Part shown: one piece after another, positions 37,794-46,930 of the stretch
Layout of the letters: every line of letters starts with the position of its first letter
Position numbering within the stretch: the stretch's first letter is position 1
Source of the DNA: Candidatus Latescibacterota bacterium
GTDB lineage: Bacteria; Latescibacterota; UBA2968
Length of the DNA: 64,000 nt
Reading direction: 5' to 3'
Assembly: GCA_965208125.1 (NCBI GenBank)
Contig: OZ242320.1
Coordinates: 5,344,001-5,408,000, forward strand
Position numbers and translations under genes: made by a program
Notes under the pieces: generated by a model
Told to the model about the DNA's origin: nothing
The model's database searches: none
Seen by the model: only the letters and a program-made list of their open reading frames with translations

Positions 37794-37953
37794 TTTGAAG
37801 TGTTGCATAAAGCAACACTTCAAACCGTAAGAAACGCATATCCACTGAGTTGAATATAAAACAAATGTATGTTTATATATGATTTATGGAAAAATTGAAG
37901 GTGGGATATAGCGAATTTGTTGCAATTTGAGACAAATGTTGCAATTTAAAACA
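37794..37953. promoter_or_regulatory. Three TGT-N11-ACA sites, candidate enhancer (UAS) for a sigma-54 activator
   Basis: TTTGAAGTGTTGC-ataaa-GCAACACTTCAAA (37794-37824, perfect 13-bp arms), TGTTGCAATTTGAGACA (37918-37934) and TGTTGCAATTTAAAACA (37937-37953). Confidence 0.65.
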
Positions 37954-37994
37954 TACATGACGAATAGTATCCAGAGCCAGAAGCGGTATGAAAC

Positions 37995-38029
37995 AATAAA
38001 GGGGAACACAAACTGTGTTCCCCTTTATT
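37995..38029 (-). terminator. Hairpin terminator downstream of LacI copy 3
   Basis: AATAAAGGGGAACACA-aac-TGTGTTCCCCTTTATT, 16-bp perfect stem. Confidence 0.8.
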
Positions 38030-38077
38030 CATTAAGAGCAGTCAATCATCTAATCGGCACTATTGTATATAATACCT

Positions 38078-39103
38078 TTAATTTATTTTCTTAGCTCCAC
38101 ATGATTCCCGCACGACCAGGCGCGATCTCAAGGTCACTTGACGAGGCGTATCCTGCTCCTCAAGTTGTTCCAGCATCAGATCCATCGCAGCCTGGGCAAT
38201 CGCCTCGTATGGCATTGCCAGTGTGGTCAAAGCTGGTGTCATATAAGCTGCAGCATCGATATCCCCATAACCCACCACAGCCACATCATCGGGTACGCGA
38301 ATACCCGATTCCCGTAACCCTCGACAAACGCCTATGGCCGTATAATCGTCCCAACATACAAGAGCAGTAAACTGGTCGCCGAGTTCTTTCCCCAGGCGAT
38401 ACCCCCCTTCTGCATTGATGGTACTGACAGGTGTGTAGTTGGGCGTCAGGCCGTGATTTCGCATCGCCAGCCCATACCCTTTGCCCTGGTTTGAAAGCGG
38501 GGTGTTATCATTCCAGTGCGATCCGAGAAACCCGATCCGCTCGTGACCCAACTCGATCAAATGTTCTGTGGCCTCGTAATACTCTGCTAACTGGTCCAAC
38601 ACGACCCCACTCAGGTTTTGGGTCGGGTAAAAAAATGTTACCACTGGCACGCGTCCCTTCACAACATCCAAAATACGCTCTGATTCTCCTTCGTCCCCTC
38701 GCGTATTAATCAAAAGGCCATCTACGCCCCAGGAAATCAATTGCTTGATCTGCACAGTCTGGTCGTCTCGGGGATTTTTAGGAATCCGGTTAGAGGCCAC
38801 TCCCATCATGATCTGATAATCATACTCGTCAGCCACCCTCAGTATCTGGTCGGTCTGATGTCCAAACGCCTCCTGGAAAATGTGGTAGGTCAGCAGACCC
38901 AGTGTACCCGTCTTCCCCATCACAATCCCCCGCGCCATCAAATTGGGACTGTAGTCCATATCGGCGGCTGTTTGTCGCACCAGTTCTCGGGTCTCCTCCT
39001 TCACCAATACCGAAGCGTGTGGTGATAGTGCACGTGAAACTGTTGAATACGAAATACCCAACTGCCTTGCAATATCTTTAATGGTAACATGTTTTCTTTT
39101 CAT
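38078..39103 (-). CDS. LacI/GalR-family transcriptional regulator, copy 3
   Basis: Complete HTH plus sensor domain; VAVVGYGD...PALTT...LVVRESC. Confidence 0.95.
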   Translation of the reverse strand: MKRKHVTIKDIARQLGISYSTVSRALSPHASVLVKEETRELVRQTAADMDYSPNLMARGIVMGKTGTLGLLTYHIFQEAFGHQTDQILRVADEYDYQIMMGVASNRIPKNPRDDQTVQIKQLISWGVDGLLINTRGDEGESERILDVVKGRVPVVTFFYPTQNLSGVVLDQLAEYYEATEHLIELGHERIGFLGSHWNDNTPLSNQGKGYGLAMRNHGLTPNYTPVSTINAEGGYRLGKELGDQFTALVCWDDYTAIGVCRGLRESGIRVPDDVAVVGYGDIDAAAYMTPALTTLAMPYEAIAQAAMDLMLEQLEEQDTPRQVTLRSRLVVRESCGAKKIN

Positions 39104-39151
39104 TTAATAACCCCTTTGCCAAGTAAACGATATAAACACTACCCTTTAGTA

Positions 39152-39167
39152 AGCAATAACTATGCCA
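39152..39167 (-). promoter_or_regulatory. Sigma-54 promoter upstream of LacI copy 3
   Basis: Minus strand TGGCATAGTTATTGCT = GG-N10-GC, about 50 nt upstream of ATG 39103. Confidence 0.75.
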
Positions 39168-39262
39168 ATTTGGATTTCTATAACTAATTTTATTTATAAA
39201 AGATTATTTTTAATAAAAATATATTTTTTTTGTTCTAAAAAAGCCAACCTGCATTTTAGATC

Positions 39263-39301
39263 TTTTTCACTATATATGGTGAAAAAAAACGATATATGGT
39301 C
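39263..39301. promoter_or_regulatory. Inverted/direct repeat, candidate upstream regulator site
   Basis: TTTTTCAC-tatatatg-GTGAAAAA, plus a 20-bp-period ATATATGGT repeat resembling 36497-36534. Confidence 0.5.
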
Positions 39302-39463
39302 ACTGGTGTGTTTTGGCGTATAGTCTTTCTGCTTTATACCTCACAACTTGGGTAAATTTAACAATTTTTGCAGAGATATGCTAAAAAATCAGGTTTGTTT
39401 TTTTGCTAAAATAGAAAATCTCTAATTATATTTAAATGCAGGACAAGTGAATCAATTCTGTAT

Positions 39464-41620
39464 TCATCCTGACTTTATCGACTCTTTCAGCGAGAACGCG
39501 CACACACGGCTCCAATCGCTCCATACCCCATATACATTTCGCGCACGCACGCGCCAATAATATTGCTCGCCCGGGTTCAGCAGCCCTGCAAACTGCGGTT
39601 GCCAGCGCGTCTTCCCCGCGTATGCTGTGCGGCTCACATACCGGTCAAAAGTGGGACACACGCACCACCTGAAATCCGGGTACCTGCTCACCTGTACGTG
39701 ATAATCATCCACCTGTGACCCATTTCCCCCAGGGCTTTTCCAGCGAAACTCAAAATCCGTCTGATTCAACTCTGCGCCATCATCTGGAAACACCAACTCG
39801 GGTATATCCGGCGGTTTAATACAATGCTCCTCCTGCCATCCATAAGTTATCCGAACATTCCGCTTACCCTTTGTCTCGTCTCGATATTGAATGTGATTTT
39901 CACCACAGAACAGCGATGGCAAAGATCGCGTTGCACACTGCAAATCCGTATCAAACCAGATTTTATCCACCCCCACATCCCCGGCGTTCGCACCAGCCCA
40001 CATCGCCACCTGAACATAATATTCGTAACGCGGTCCAACTCGCCATCCCGGATCCCAATCTCCCCGCCAGTCGAACAAAGCCGGATTCAAATACCAGTCC
40101 AGATCTACACACGCACTTGTCCGATGTCCCGTTGCCACCCAGACCGACCGCCAGTCCTTTCCATCCAGAGACAACAATACCTCAAGACCATCTTCCCTGC
40201 TCACCCGCCTGTAGGACAAACCCACTCGCGCTCCGGCAATGGGATATGGTGAACACACCTTCCAGATCATTCGGGAAACGCACTGCTCCTGAATCGGATG
40301 AATAGCAGGCAACCGCTCCGACATTTCCTGTACCACATTCACCTGCTGTTCTACCCTCCCCAGCGCCAGCGGAGTTCGCAAATCGGGCCGATAGACCAGC
40401 TTGCCATTGGAATATCGCACCTCCGGGTGCAACCGACGCCCTCGCACCACCGTCTTGCCCACCTGATCCCAATAGCGCACCAGCTTCTCCCCCGGCCGCA
40501 AGCGCATCGCCATCGTATGGGGTGGCGGCAACTGCATCGTATCCTGTTGCACACGGCCATCTTCCCGAGTCCAGGCACCGCTCGGATTGGTTGGATACAC
40601 AAATTCCCGATTCTTGAACTGCGCGCTGTAATAATCCTTCTCCGCCAGATCCTTTCCCGCCAGCCCCAGATTCCTGTGCGACCTGCTCATCAATTCGGGA
40701 TCCCGCGCCAAGTCGGCGACACTGGCCACCGTGCGGTTATCGCGTTTTAAGAAAAACACCATCTGATCTGTATCGAGCAAATGCCATGCCCCATTTGCCC
40801 ACGCTTCGAAAATCGTATGGCTACACTGCCGCCCTCGACCGTGCCCATCCAAAATACCGCCAACCCATACCTCGCGCGACTTCACCTCCATCGCCTCGCC
40901 CAACCGAGTCGTGGCAATCGCATACCCTATACACCCCTCAAACCCATACGCATTGAACAACTTCACCGGATCGCTCACATCGTCATACCACGACATTCCG
41001 CATCGGCTATCGTAAACCTCATTTACGACAAATTGCCACAACCCTATCATCCGCTCTTCCTCATCCAGATCCCGCCCGCCTATCGCCTCTTTCGCCATCG
41101 CCTCCACCGACCACCAATCCCGCTGTCCATTTGCCACCAACCACGGATTCACCAGATCTGTCTCACCCGTATTCTCGATCACCACATAAAGATTTGGCTC
41201 AAACACCTGATCATAGGGCGGCATACTCGAATTTGGCCCCGGGCAATACACCTCTGGCCCAAGAGTCACAGCATTCGACTCATCCACATACCCACCCATC
41301 TGAACCTCAAACGTTTCTGCCTCCTGCGTCAGATCGACCTGTGCCTCACAAGGCGCCCGGGGCACATGCGCCTCAACGGACTCCATATCCTTAAACTCAT
41401 CCTGCCCGGGATACCGGTCAGAACCAACGGCGATATAATAATACGTCTTCCCCGGTAGCAAATCCGCCGCATCCACAAACCGATCATCTCGGGCAACGCC
41501 GACTTCTTCAAACACACCATCCGCCCGATCCGCGCGATAGATCCGCATCCCCCGAGCGTCCTTGCACGCCACCTGCATCGTAACGCAATTGACAGCCGTA
41601 TCTGAAATTTTGAGTATCAT
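39464..41620 (-). CDS. FN3-flanked transglutaminase-like (Cys-His-Asp) hypothetical protein
   Basis: N- and C-terminal FN3-like motifs (PGKTYYYIAV; PGEQYYWRVRA...WSDWS); central EGCIGYA...SHTIFEAW...WHLLDTD. Confidence 0.6.
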   Translation of the reverse strand: MILKISDTAVNCVTMQVACKDARGMRIYRADRADGVFEEVGVARDDRFVDAADLLPGKTYYYIAVGSDRYPGQDEFKDMESVEAHVPRAPCEAQVDLTQEAETFEVQMGGYVDESNAVTLGPEVYCPGPNSSMPPYDQVFEPNLYVVIENTGETDLVNPWLVANGQRDWWSVEAMAKEAIGGRDLDEEERMIGLWQFVVNEVYDSRCGMSWYDDVSDPVKLFNAYGFEGCIGYAIATTRLGEAMEVKSREVWVGGILDGHGRGRQCSHTIFEAWANGAWHLLDTDQMVFFLKRDNRTVASVADLARDPELMSRSHRNLGLAGKDLAEKDYYSAQFKNREFVYPTNPSGAWTREDGRVQQDTMQLPPPHTMAMRLRPGEKLVRYWDQVGKTVVRGRRLHPEVRYSNGKLVYRPDLRTPLALGRVEQQVNVVQEMSERLPAIHPIQEQCVSRMIWKVCSPYPIAGARVGLSYRRVSREDGLEVLLSLDGKDWRSVWVATGHRTSACVDLDWYLNPALFDWRGDWDPGWRVGPRYEYYVQVAMWAGANAGDVGVDKIWFDTDLQCATRSLPSLFCGENHIQYRDETKGKRNVRITYGWQEEHCIKPPDIPELVFPDDGAELNQTDFEFRWKSPGGNGSQVDDYHVQVSRYPDFRWCVCPTFDRYVSRTAYAGKTRWQPQFAGLLNPGEQYYWRVRARNVYGVWSDWSRVCAFSLKESIKSG

Positions 41621-41728
41621 ATCCGATTCTCCCTCCGATCAAAGCGGAAAATCGCTTGATGGATCATCTACAGACATGTTATATTTCCTCAAATCTTCCC
41701 TCCAACCGCCATTCTCAGGAGACACGCC

Positions 41729-42790
41729 ATGAAACTCGTCGAAACCGATCCCAACTCCGGCGCTGAAATTTACCAGCTCATCGACGATCCCCGCCCCGCC
41801 GACAACATCTATGGCGAACAACCCTATTCCTCGGCTGATGGAAGCCGCGTCACAATCCGATATTATCCCCAAAACGACCAGGACGGTGGCCTATCTATTC
41901 TCGACCTTGCAGACGGCAGTCTCCACACAGTACTCGCCGAAGCACCCCATTTCCCCGCCTTTCACGCCTGGGGCGAACACCTCTACTACCAGCAACAAGA
42001 CGGAGACGCGCTCGTGCTCAAACGCTGCAACTATCAGACCCTCAAAAAAGAAGACATCACGACTTTGCCAACCGAAGAGGGCCGATTTAGCTACGGCACC
42101 ACTTCCCAGGACGGGCGTTACTACGCTGCCAGCGTCCATCCCGAAGGCGGATCGAGCAAAGTCTGGTGTACAGACCTCTCAACCGGGAAAAGCAGCACCC
42201 TTGCCCAGCGGGATGACTACCACTTCAAACACGAACAATTCTCCCTCGACGGTAACAACCGCATCCTCATTCAAGCCAATAAAATGCCCGACGTCAAATT
42301 CGTCCATCTCGGCGCCCTTGAACCCGACCGCGAAGGCATCACCTGGTTTCCCGTCGATCGCCCACACACGCCGCGCCCCACCGGCCACGAAGCGTGGATT
42401 GGCACAACCGACCACATCTTCATCTCCACTGGGCAAGACGAAGACAGCGAAGGCAACGTCTGGACTGCGGGCTTGCGCGACAATGCCCCAAATCTGGTCA
42501 GCAAAACTCCCCACCGATTCGGCCACGTCAGCGTCTCCCATTGTGGCCGATACTGGGTTGGGGACGCCACCCAGGAAGAAAACATCCCCATCCACATCGG
42601 TTCCCTCGATTCGGGTCGTCACAAATGCCTCGTCCTCAGCCGCACCGAACACGACAGCAACCAGTGGTCGCACACCCATCCTTACATGACCTCTGACAAC
42701 GCGTGGCTCATCTACACCTCCACCCACAGCGGTCATCCCCAGGTCTATGGTGCAAAAATTCCACAGGAGTTCTTAGACAGTCTTTTATAA
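41729..42790 (+). CDS. Oligogalacturonate lyase (Ogl, PL22)-like beta-propeller
   Basis: DPNSGAEIYQL N-terminus, HEQFS, GHEAW, HTHPYMTSD...YTS...GHPQVY. Confidence 0.7.
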   Translation: MKLVETDPNSGAEIYQLIDDPRPADNIYGEQPYSSADGSRVTIRYYPQNDQDGGLSILDLADGSLHTVLAEAPHFPAFHAWGEHLYYQQQDGDALVLKRCNYQTLKKEDITTLPTEEGRFSYGTTSQDGRYYAASVHPEGGSSKVWCTDLSTGKSSTLAQRDDYHFKHEQFSLDGNNRILIQANKMPDVKFVHLGALEPDREGITWFPVDRPHTPRPTGHEAWIGTTDHIFISTGQDEDSEGNVWTAGLRDNAPNLVSKTPHRFGHVSVSHCGRYWVGDATQEENIPIHIGSLDSGRHKCLVLSRTEHDSNQWSHTHPYMTSDNAWLIYTSTHSGHPQVYGAKIPQEFLDSLL

Positions 42791-42803
42791 GCCTTCAAAA
42801 CCC

Positions 42804-44765
42804 TCACCATCCATGCACCCCATGCCCCGCATCTGGAAACCAGATTATATCCACCACCTTGGAGACCCCAATCCCGAACAAATATCCCACAATTGCCCCG
42901 TACCAAAACGGTAGCGACCGCCTGTAAAGACTCACACCTCCAAACTGGATGACAAAGGTCTTCATCAACCACACAATCAGCAAACAAAACCCGTATCGTC
43001 CCACTGGCAAAGCAATCGCCGCCGGGTGAAACGGCCACCAGGACACCCGTGCCTTCAAATAAGTTAGCACGCCTGCCTCTGCAAACCCAAAAAGCCACAC
43101 CCCCAACTTCTGCGGATCGAACACCGTCAGCTTGCTCCCCTCAATCAACGACACCCTGCCCATCAGCACACCCCAGTCCCACAGCGCCATGTGCCCATTC
43201 AGACCGCCCTCGGTATAACACCGGTAAAGCTGTGCGCCCACAGAAACCACAAAACCCGTCACAAACGCCACCGGGATGCACCCCCAGATCAGCGGATGCC
43301 GCCGCAGATGATCGCCCAACATCCGAAAAAAATGCGTCACCGAAGGGATACACGTAATCCGGATCGGCACCCCGCAAAGCGCGTTGCTATTCACCAGCCA
43401 GATAGACGTCTGTGTCGCAGGTGGCAGATTCGACGTTCCGCCCAGCGCCAGGAGCACATCGGCGCCCTTTCCACCTGCAGGAGACAAAAAAATAAATCCC
43501 GTAGTCGCCGCATATTTGGTAATCCCAAAAAAACAGATAAACAGCAACAATAGCTGCACCAGCATCACGGGAACTCGCATACCGGCAGACACCATCCACC
43601 CGCCCAAAAACACCGCCGAAGACAACAGCCCCAGCCACGCCGTACGATAAGAAACCGGAGACCCGTCATCACCCTCGCGTCCCCTTTCAAACGCCTTTTG
43701 CAGCGTCTCCCGCAAATGCCCCCTGGCGACCCACACCGACCATCCCACCAGAAAAACCAGCGCCCCGTGCGATTCCAGCATCGCGATCTCGCCGCCCATC
43801 GCCGGCTGCCCGGGCAAACCCACCGTAAACCCCGTGCGGTTCAGCAACCCCTTTTTCAAAATATTCACAAAATCGTAAAACCAGAAACTGAACAAAATAT
43901 CCAGCGGGCATAAATACGCCAGCCCCATAATCATCGGCTGCACCCGCAAAAAATAATCCGGAAAATGATGTCCCAGGGGCACGGCTTTGTATGTGGTCGA
44001 ATAAAATAGGGTAATAGGCGGCAAGCTGAGCGCGAAATACCCGATGATATTCCAGCCAATAATCCCCGCCACGAAACCGAACCCAATCCAGAACACCTTA
44101 TTCTTAAACACATCCGGCACCCGACTGCCCTCGGACTGCCTGAGCATATCCATCGGGAACGTCGCCATCGGGAAAACCAGCCGCTCCTTCTCATGCCACT
44201 GTTTGTAAAAAATTACACTCGAAAAAAACCCCGCCCCAACCAGCGACAAACACGCCATTAACCACCAGAACAGCGGCCGCACCCAGGCCAGCCACGGGAT
44301 AGTCCCATCCACCTCCACCCCGGTAAACAACTGCCCGATCACCGCCTCCGATTCCTCTGGAAACAGCCAGCGCGGGAAATAGGGCATCACCACCTCCCGC
44401 ATCCGGTTCTCAGGCGAGGCATAGTGAGCCGGAGCCGCAATATCGGTCACCATATACATCGCCCACCCAATACCCGGCAAATTCCCCACCAGCCACACCA
44501 TGAAAAACACCGTCAACATCTCCATCCGGGACAGTGCCCACCCCCGCGCAAACAGCTTCAACACCGTATTGATCCCCAGCCACACCACAAACGGCAAAGC
44601 CACTGCTACGGGCATGTAATTCTTCACCAGATTCCGTCCGAAATAGGACATGAAAAGCGCCATCCCCACAATCGTGAGCACACCTATCACCAGCGCGCGC
44701 CCCGTCACCCGTTCGCGGAGTGCTCCAGCTCGTTCTTCCACCACCTGCTTTTCATAGGTAGCCAT
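42804..44765 (-). CDS. DUF6785/DUF6784-like polytopic membrane protein, copy 3
   Basis: KQWHEKERLVFPM and WWPFHPAA motifs; C-terminal WFPDAGHGVHGW similar to the other copies. Confidence 0.7.
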   Translation of the reverse strand: MATYEKQVVEERAGALRERVTGRALVIGVLTIVGMALFMSYFGRNLVKNYMPVAVALPFVVWLGINTVLKLFARGWALSRMEMLTVFFMVWLVGNLPGIGWAMYMVTDIAAPAHYASPENRMREVVMPYFPRWLFPEESEAVIGQLFTGVEVDGTIPWLAWVRPLFWWLMACLSLVGAGFFSSVIFYKQWHEKERLVFPMATFPMDMLRQSEGSRVPDVFKNKVFWIGFGFVAGIIGWNIIGYFALSLPPITLFYSTTYKAVPLGHHFPDYFLRVQPMIMGLAYLCPLDILFSFWFYDFVNILKKGLLNRTGFTVGLPGQPAMGGEIAMLESHGALVFLVGWSVWVARGHLRETLQKAFERGREGDDGSPVSYRTAWLGLLSSAVFLGGWMVSAGMRVPVMLVQLLLLFICFFGITKYAATTGFIFLSPAGGKGADVLLALGGTSNLPPATQTSIWLVNSNALCGVPIRITCIPSVTHFFRMLGDHLRRHPLIWGCIPVAFVTGFVVSVGAQLYRCYTEGGLNGHMALWDWGVLMGRVSLIEGSKLTVFDPQKLGVWLFGFAEAGVLTYLKARVSWWPFHPAAIALPVGRYGFCLLIVWLMKTFVIQFGGVSLYRRSLPFWYGAIVGYLFGIGVSKVVDIIWFPDAGHGVHGW

Positions 44766-44781
44766 CTCCCAACCTTTTTGG

Positions 44782-46050
44782 TCATCGCAATTGCTTCAAC
44801 AGATTCAAAGCCGCATCGACAATCTGCTCGCCACACCCCGGCGCAAAGACGCTCGCTTCCGGCTCGTATCCCCCTTCTTCATAAGACTGCCTCGTCGGCA
44901 AATACCCCACCGAATCATTGGCTAACTCGATCACTATAGTCTGAGAAAACGGAGACCGGGCTTTCAAATCCAACCCCAGTTCCACCAGCAATTCTCCCGG
45001 CACAGCCGCAATCCCCAGGTCCCCAATGCGAAGTGCCTGCACCCATGTCCGCACCCGATCCGGCACATCGGCCATGCGCCTGGTTATTCGGCGCACAAAA
45101 GCGCGCTCGGCCATCGTGGGCCGCTCCATGGACTCAATCTCCTCCACACGCGCCATGTCTGCCTCAGAAGGCTTTGACTTGCGCGCCAGAACCACCTCTT
45201 GCATCGCCGCTCCAAGAGACACATCGGACGCAAAATCCATCTCATTCCACGCCCACAGGACGCCCGCTGCAATCAAACCCGCCACCCGTTCCGCATGCAG
45301 AGAACGGTCTTTCACAGGGCGCTTATCCCCCAACACATCTATATTATTGATATCCCCACACGCGCCATTTGAAAGCGCAGCGACAAAAGAGGCATTCCGC
45401 ATCCGCTGAATCAGCGTTGAAAAAATCCCAAAATAATCCGCAGAAATCGAATACTTGGATTCGGGCATACCGATATAATGCAGCGCGTAATTGGCCAGCA
45501 AACCAATCGCCCCCCCATCAACCCCCTGCAAACACATCACGCCGATCTCCGGATCAATCGGACCCATTGGCGCCACCACATCGGGATTGCCCACCCCGGG
45601 ATTCGTGCGCACCGATCCATCGCTCATGCGATAGCGGCGGTTAAAAACCACGCGGTCTTCCAACGTCCTCCCAAATCCCACCTGCGCAGGCTTTCGGTTC
45701 TGCCACGCCAGCCTCACCGCATTGGCGATCCGATCGATCAAAAACGCCGTATAAGCATCATCGCCCGTGACTGCCCCGGTGTGCGTATGCGTGCAACAAA
45801 TCAAAACCCGTTCCGCACTCAGTTCCGTCTCCTTCGCTATCCGATCCTTAGCGCGGTCCAGATAGTCCCGCTTCACCCCGATCAAATCGCACACCACAAT
45901 TGCCACACCTTCTCCTCCTCGTTCCACCACAAAACTTCGCACATGCAATGGATCGCGCACCTTCTCGGCGAACCGATCCTCAAACGATCCCGGAATCATC
46001 GTACCCAGCGGCGGCGTAATATCCAGACATGCAACCCCTGCGGTGATCAT
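44782..46050 (-). CDS. Neutral/alkaline ceramidase-like amidohydrolase
   Basis: DITPPLG, DPLHVR, CTHTHTG, NRR, NYALH, ISADY, GACGDIN, PGEL, GYLPT...GGYE. Confidence 0.8.
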   Translation of the reverse strand: MITAGVACLDITPPLGTMIPGSFEDRFAEKVRDPLHVRSFVVERGGEGVAIVVCDLIGVKRDYLDRAKDRIAKETELSAERVLICCTHTHTGAVTGDDAYTAFLIDRIANAVRLAWQNRKPAQVGFGRTLEDRVVFNRRYRMSDGSVRTNPGVGNPDVVAPMGPIDPEIGVMCLQGVDGGAIGLLANYALHYIGMPESKYSISADYFGIFSTLIQRMRNASFVAALSNGACGDINNIDVLGDKRPVKDRSLHAERVAGLIAAGVLWAWNEMDFASDVSLGAAMQEVVLARKSKPSEADMARVEEIESMERPTMAERAFVRRITRRMADVPDRVRTWVQALRIGDLGIAAVPGELLVELGLDLKARSPFSQTIVIELANDSVGYLPTRQSYEEGGYEPEASVFAPGCGEQIVDAALNLLKQLR

Positions 46051-46072
46051 AGAACACTCCTTTAGTGGTCAT

Positions 46073-46930
46073 TCAACCCAATCCAAACTGCCGCTTCAAA
46101 AATTCAACCGTCTCCCTGTAAAACCGCGCCTGAATCGCCCCTTGATCCTCCTCTAACACATCCTCTCGCATACGCACCACGCATTCCACGCCCAGCGCAT
46201 CCATCTTCTCCTTCAGCACCTGTCCGAATATCGGATGGTGGATTCCCTGTCCCGCATCCGGCTCGGGGTCCATCGGCAAATTTGGCGTGGTGTACCACAA
46301 CATCACGGGCAGCGCATCTTTAGACACATAATTGATTGCCGAAGCCGCTTTAAACATCGCCCGGGCCTCTGGCTTGTCGAATTCCTCAGGCGAAAATCCA
46401 AAAAATAGCTGTAGCGCCTCGTGCATATATGCCGGCCCTGAAATAATCGTCCGAATGAAATGCGGATCGTACGAACACTGCCCCTGCCACGACGCCACGC
46501 ACGTCAGCCGCGTGGATTGCCGGGCCACTGGATCTTCGCTTTCAGGCTCTGCTTCTTCCCCGCGAAACCCGATCCACATCGAAATCCCGGCCCCCGCAGA
46601 TCCACCTCCTGCCGCCACCCGGGAAGCGTCCAGGTTCCACTCCTCTGACTTCCACCGGATAAACTGAATTGCCCGCTGGCTGTGCTCCATCGCCGCCGGA
46701 TACCGATCCGTTCCCGAAAGCGGATAATTGATCGCCGCCACAGAAATACCCGCCTTCAGACAGCCTTTTAGCAACACCTGCGAAATTCCTGCTTTGTCCC
46801 CACCCCGAAATCCTCCGCCGTGAATATACACATATACTGATGTCAGACCTTCCGAATCCGCCTGATACAGATCCACCACATCCCGCTCGTGATCCCCATA
46901 AGCCACATCTTGAAAAGTCGGTTCGCCCAT
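46073..46930 (-). CDS. Alpha/beta hydrolase (HSL/BD-FAE-like esterase)
   Basis: HGGGF oxyanion motif and GGSAG nucleophile elbow. Confidence 0.85.
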   Translation of the reverse strand: MGEPTFQDVAYGDHERDVVDLYQADSEGLTSVYVYIHGGGFRGGDKAGISQVLLKGCLKAGISVAAINYPLSGTDRYPAAMEHSQRAIQFIRWKSEEWNLDASRVAAGGGSAGAGISMWIGFRGEEAEPESEDPVARQSTRLTCVASWQGQCSYDPHFIRTIISGPAYMHEALQLFFGFSPEEFDKPEARAMFKAASAINYVSKDALPVMLWYTTPNLPMDPEPDAGQGIHHPIFGQVLKEKMDALGVECVVRMREDVLEEDQGAIQARFYRETVEFLKRQFGLG

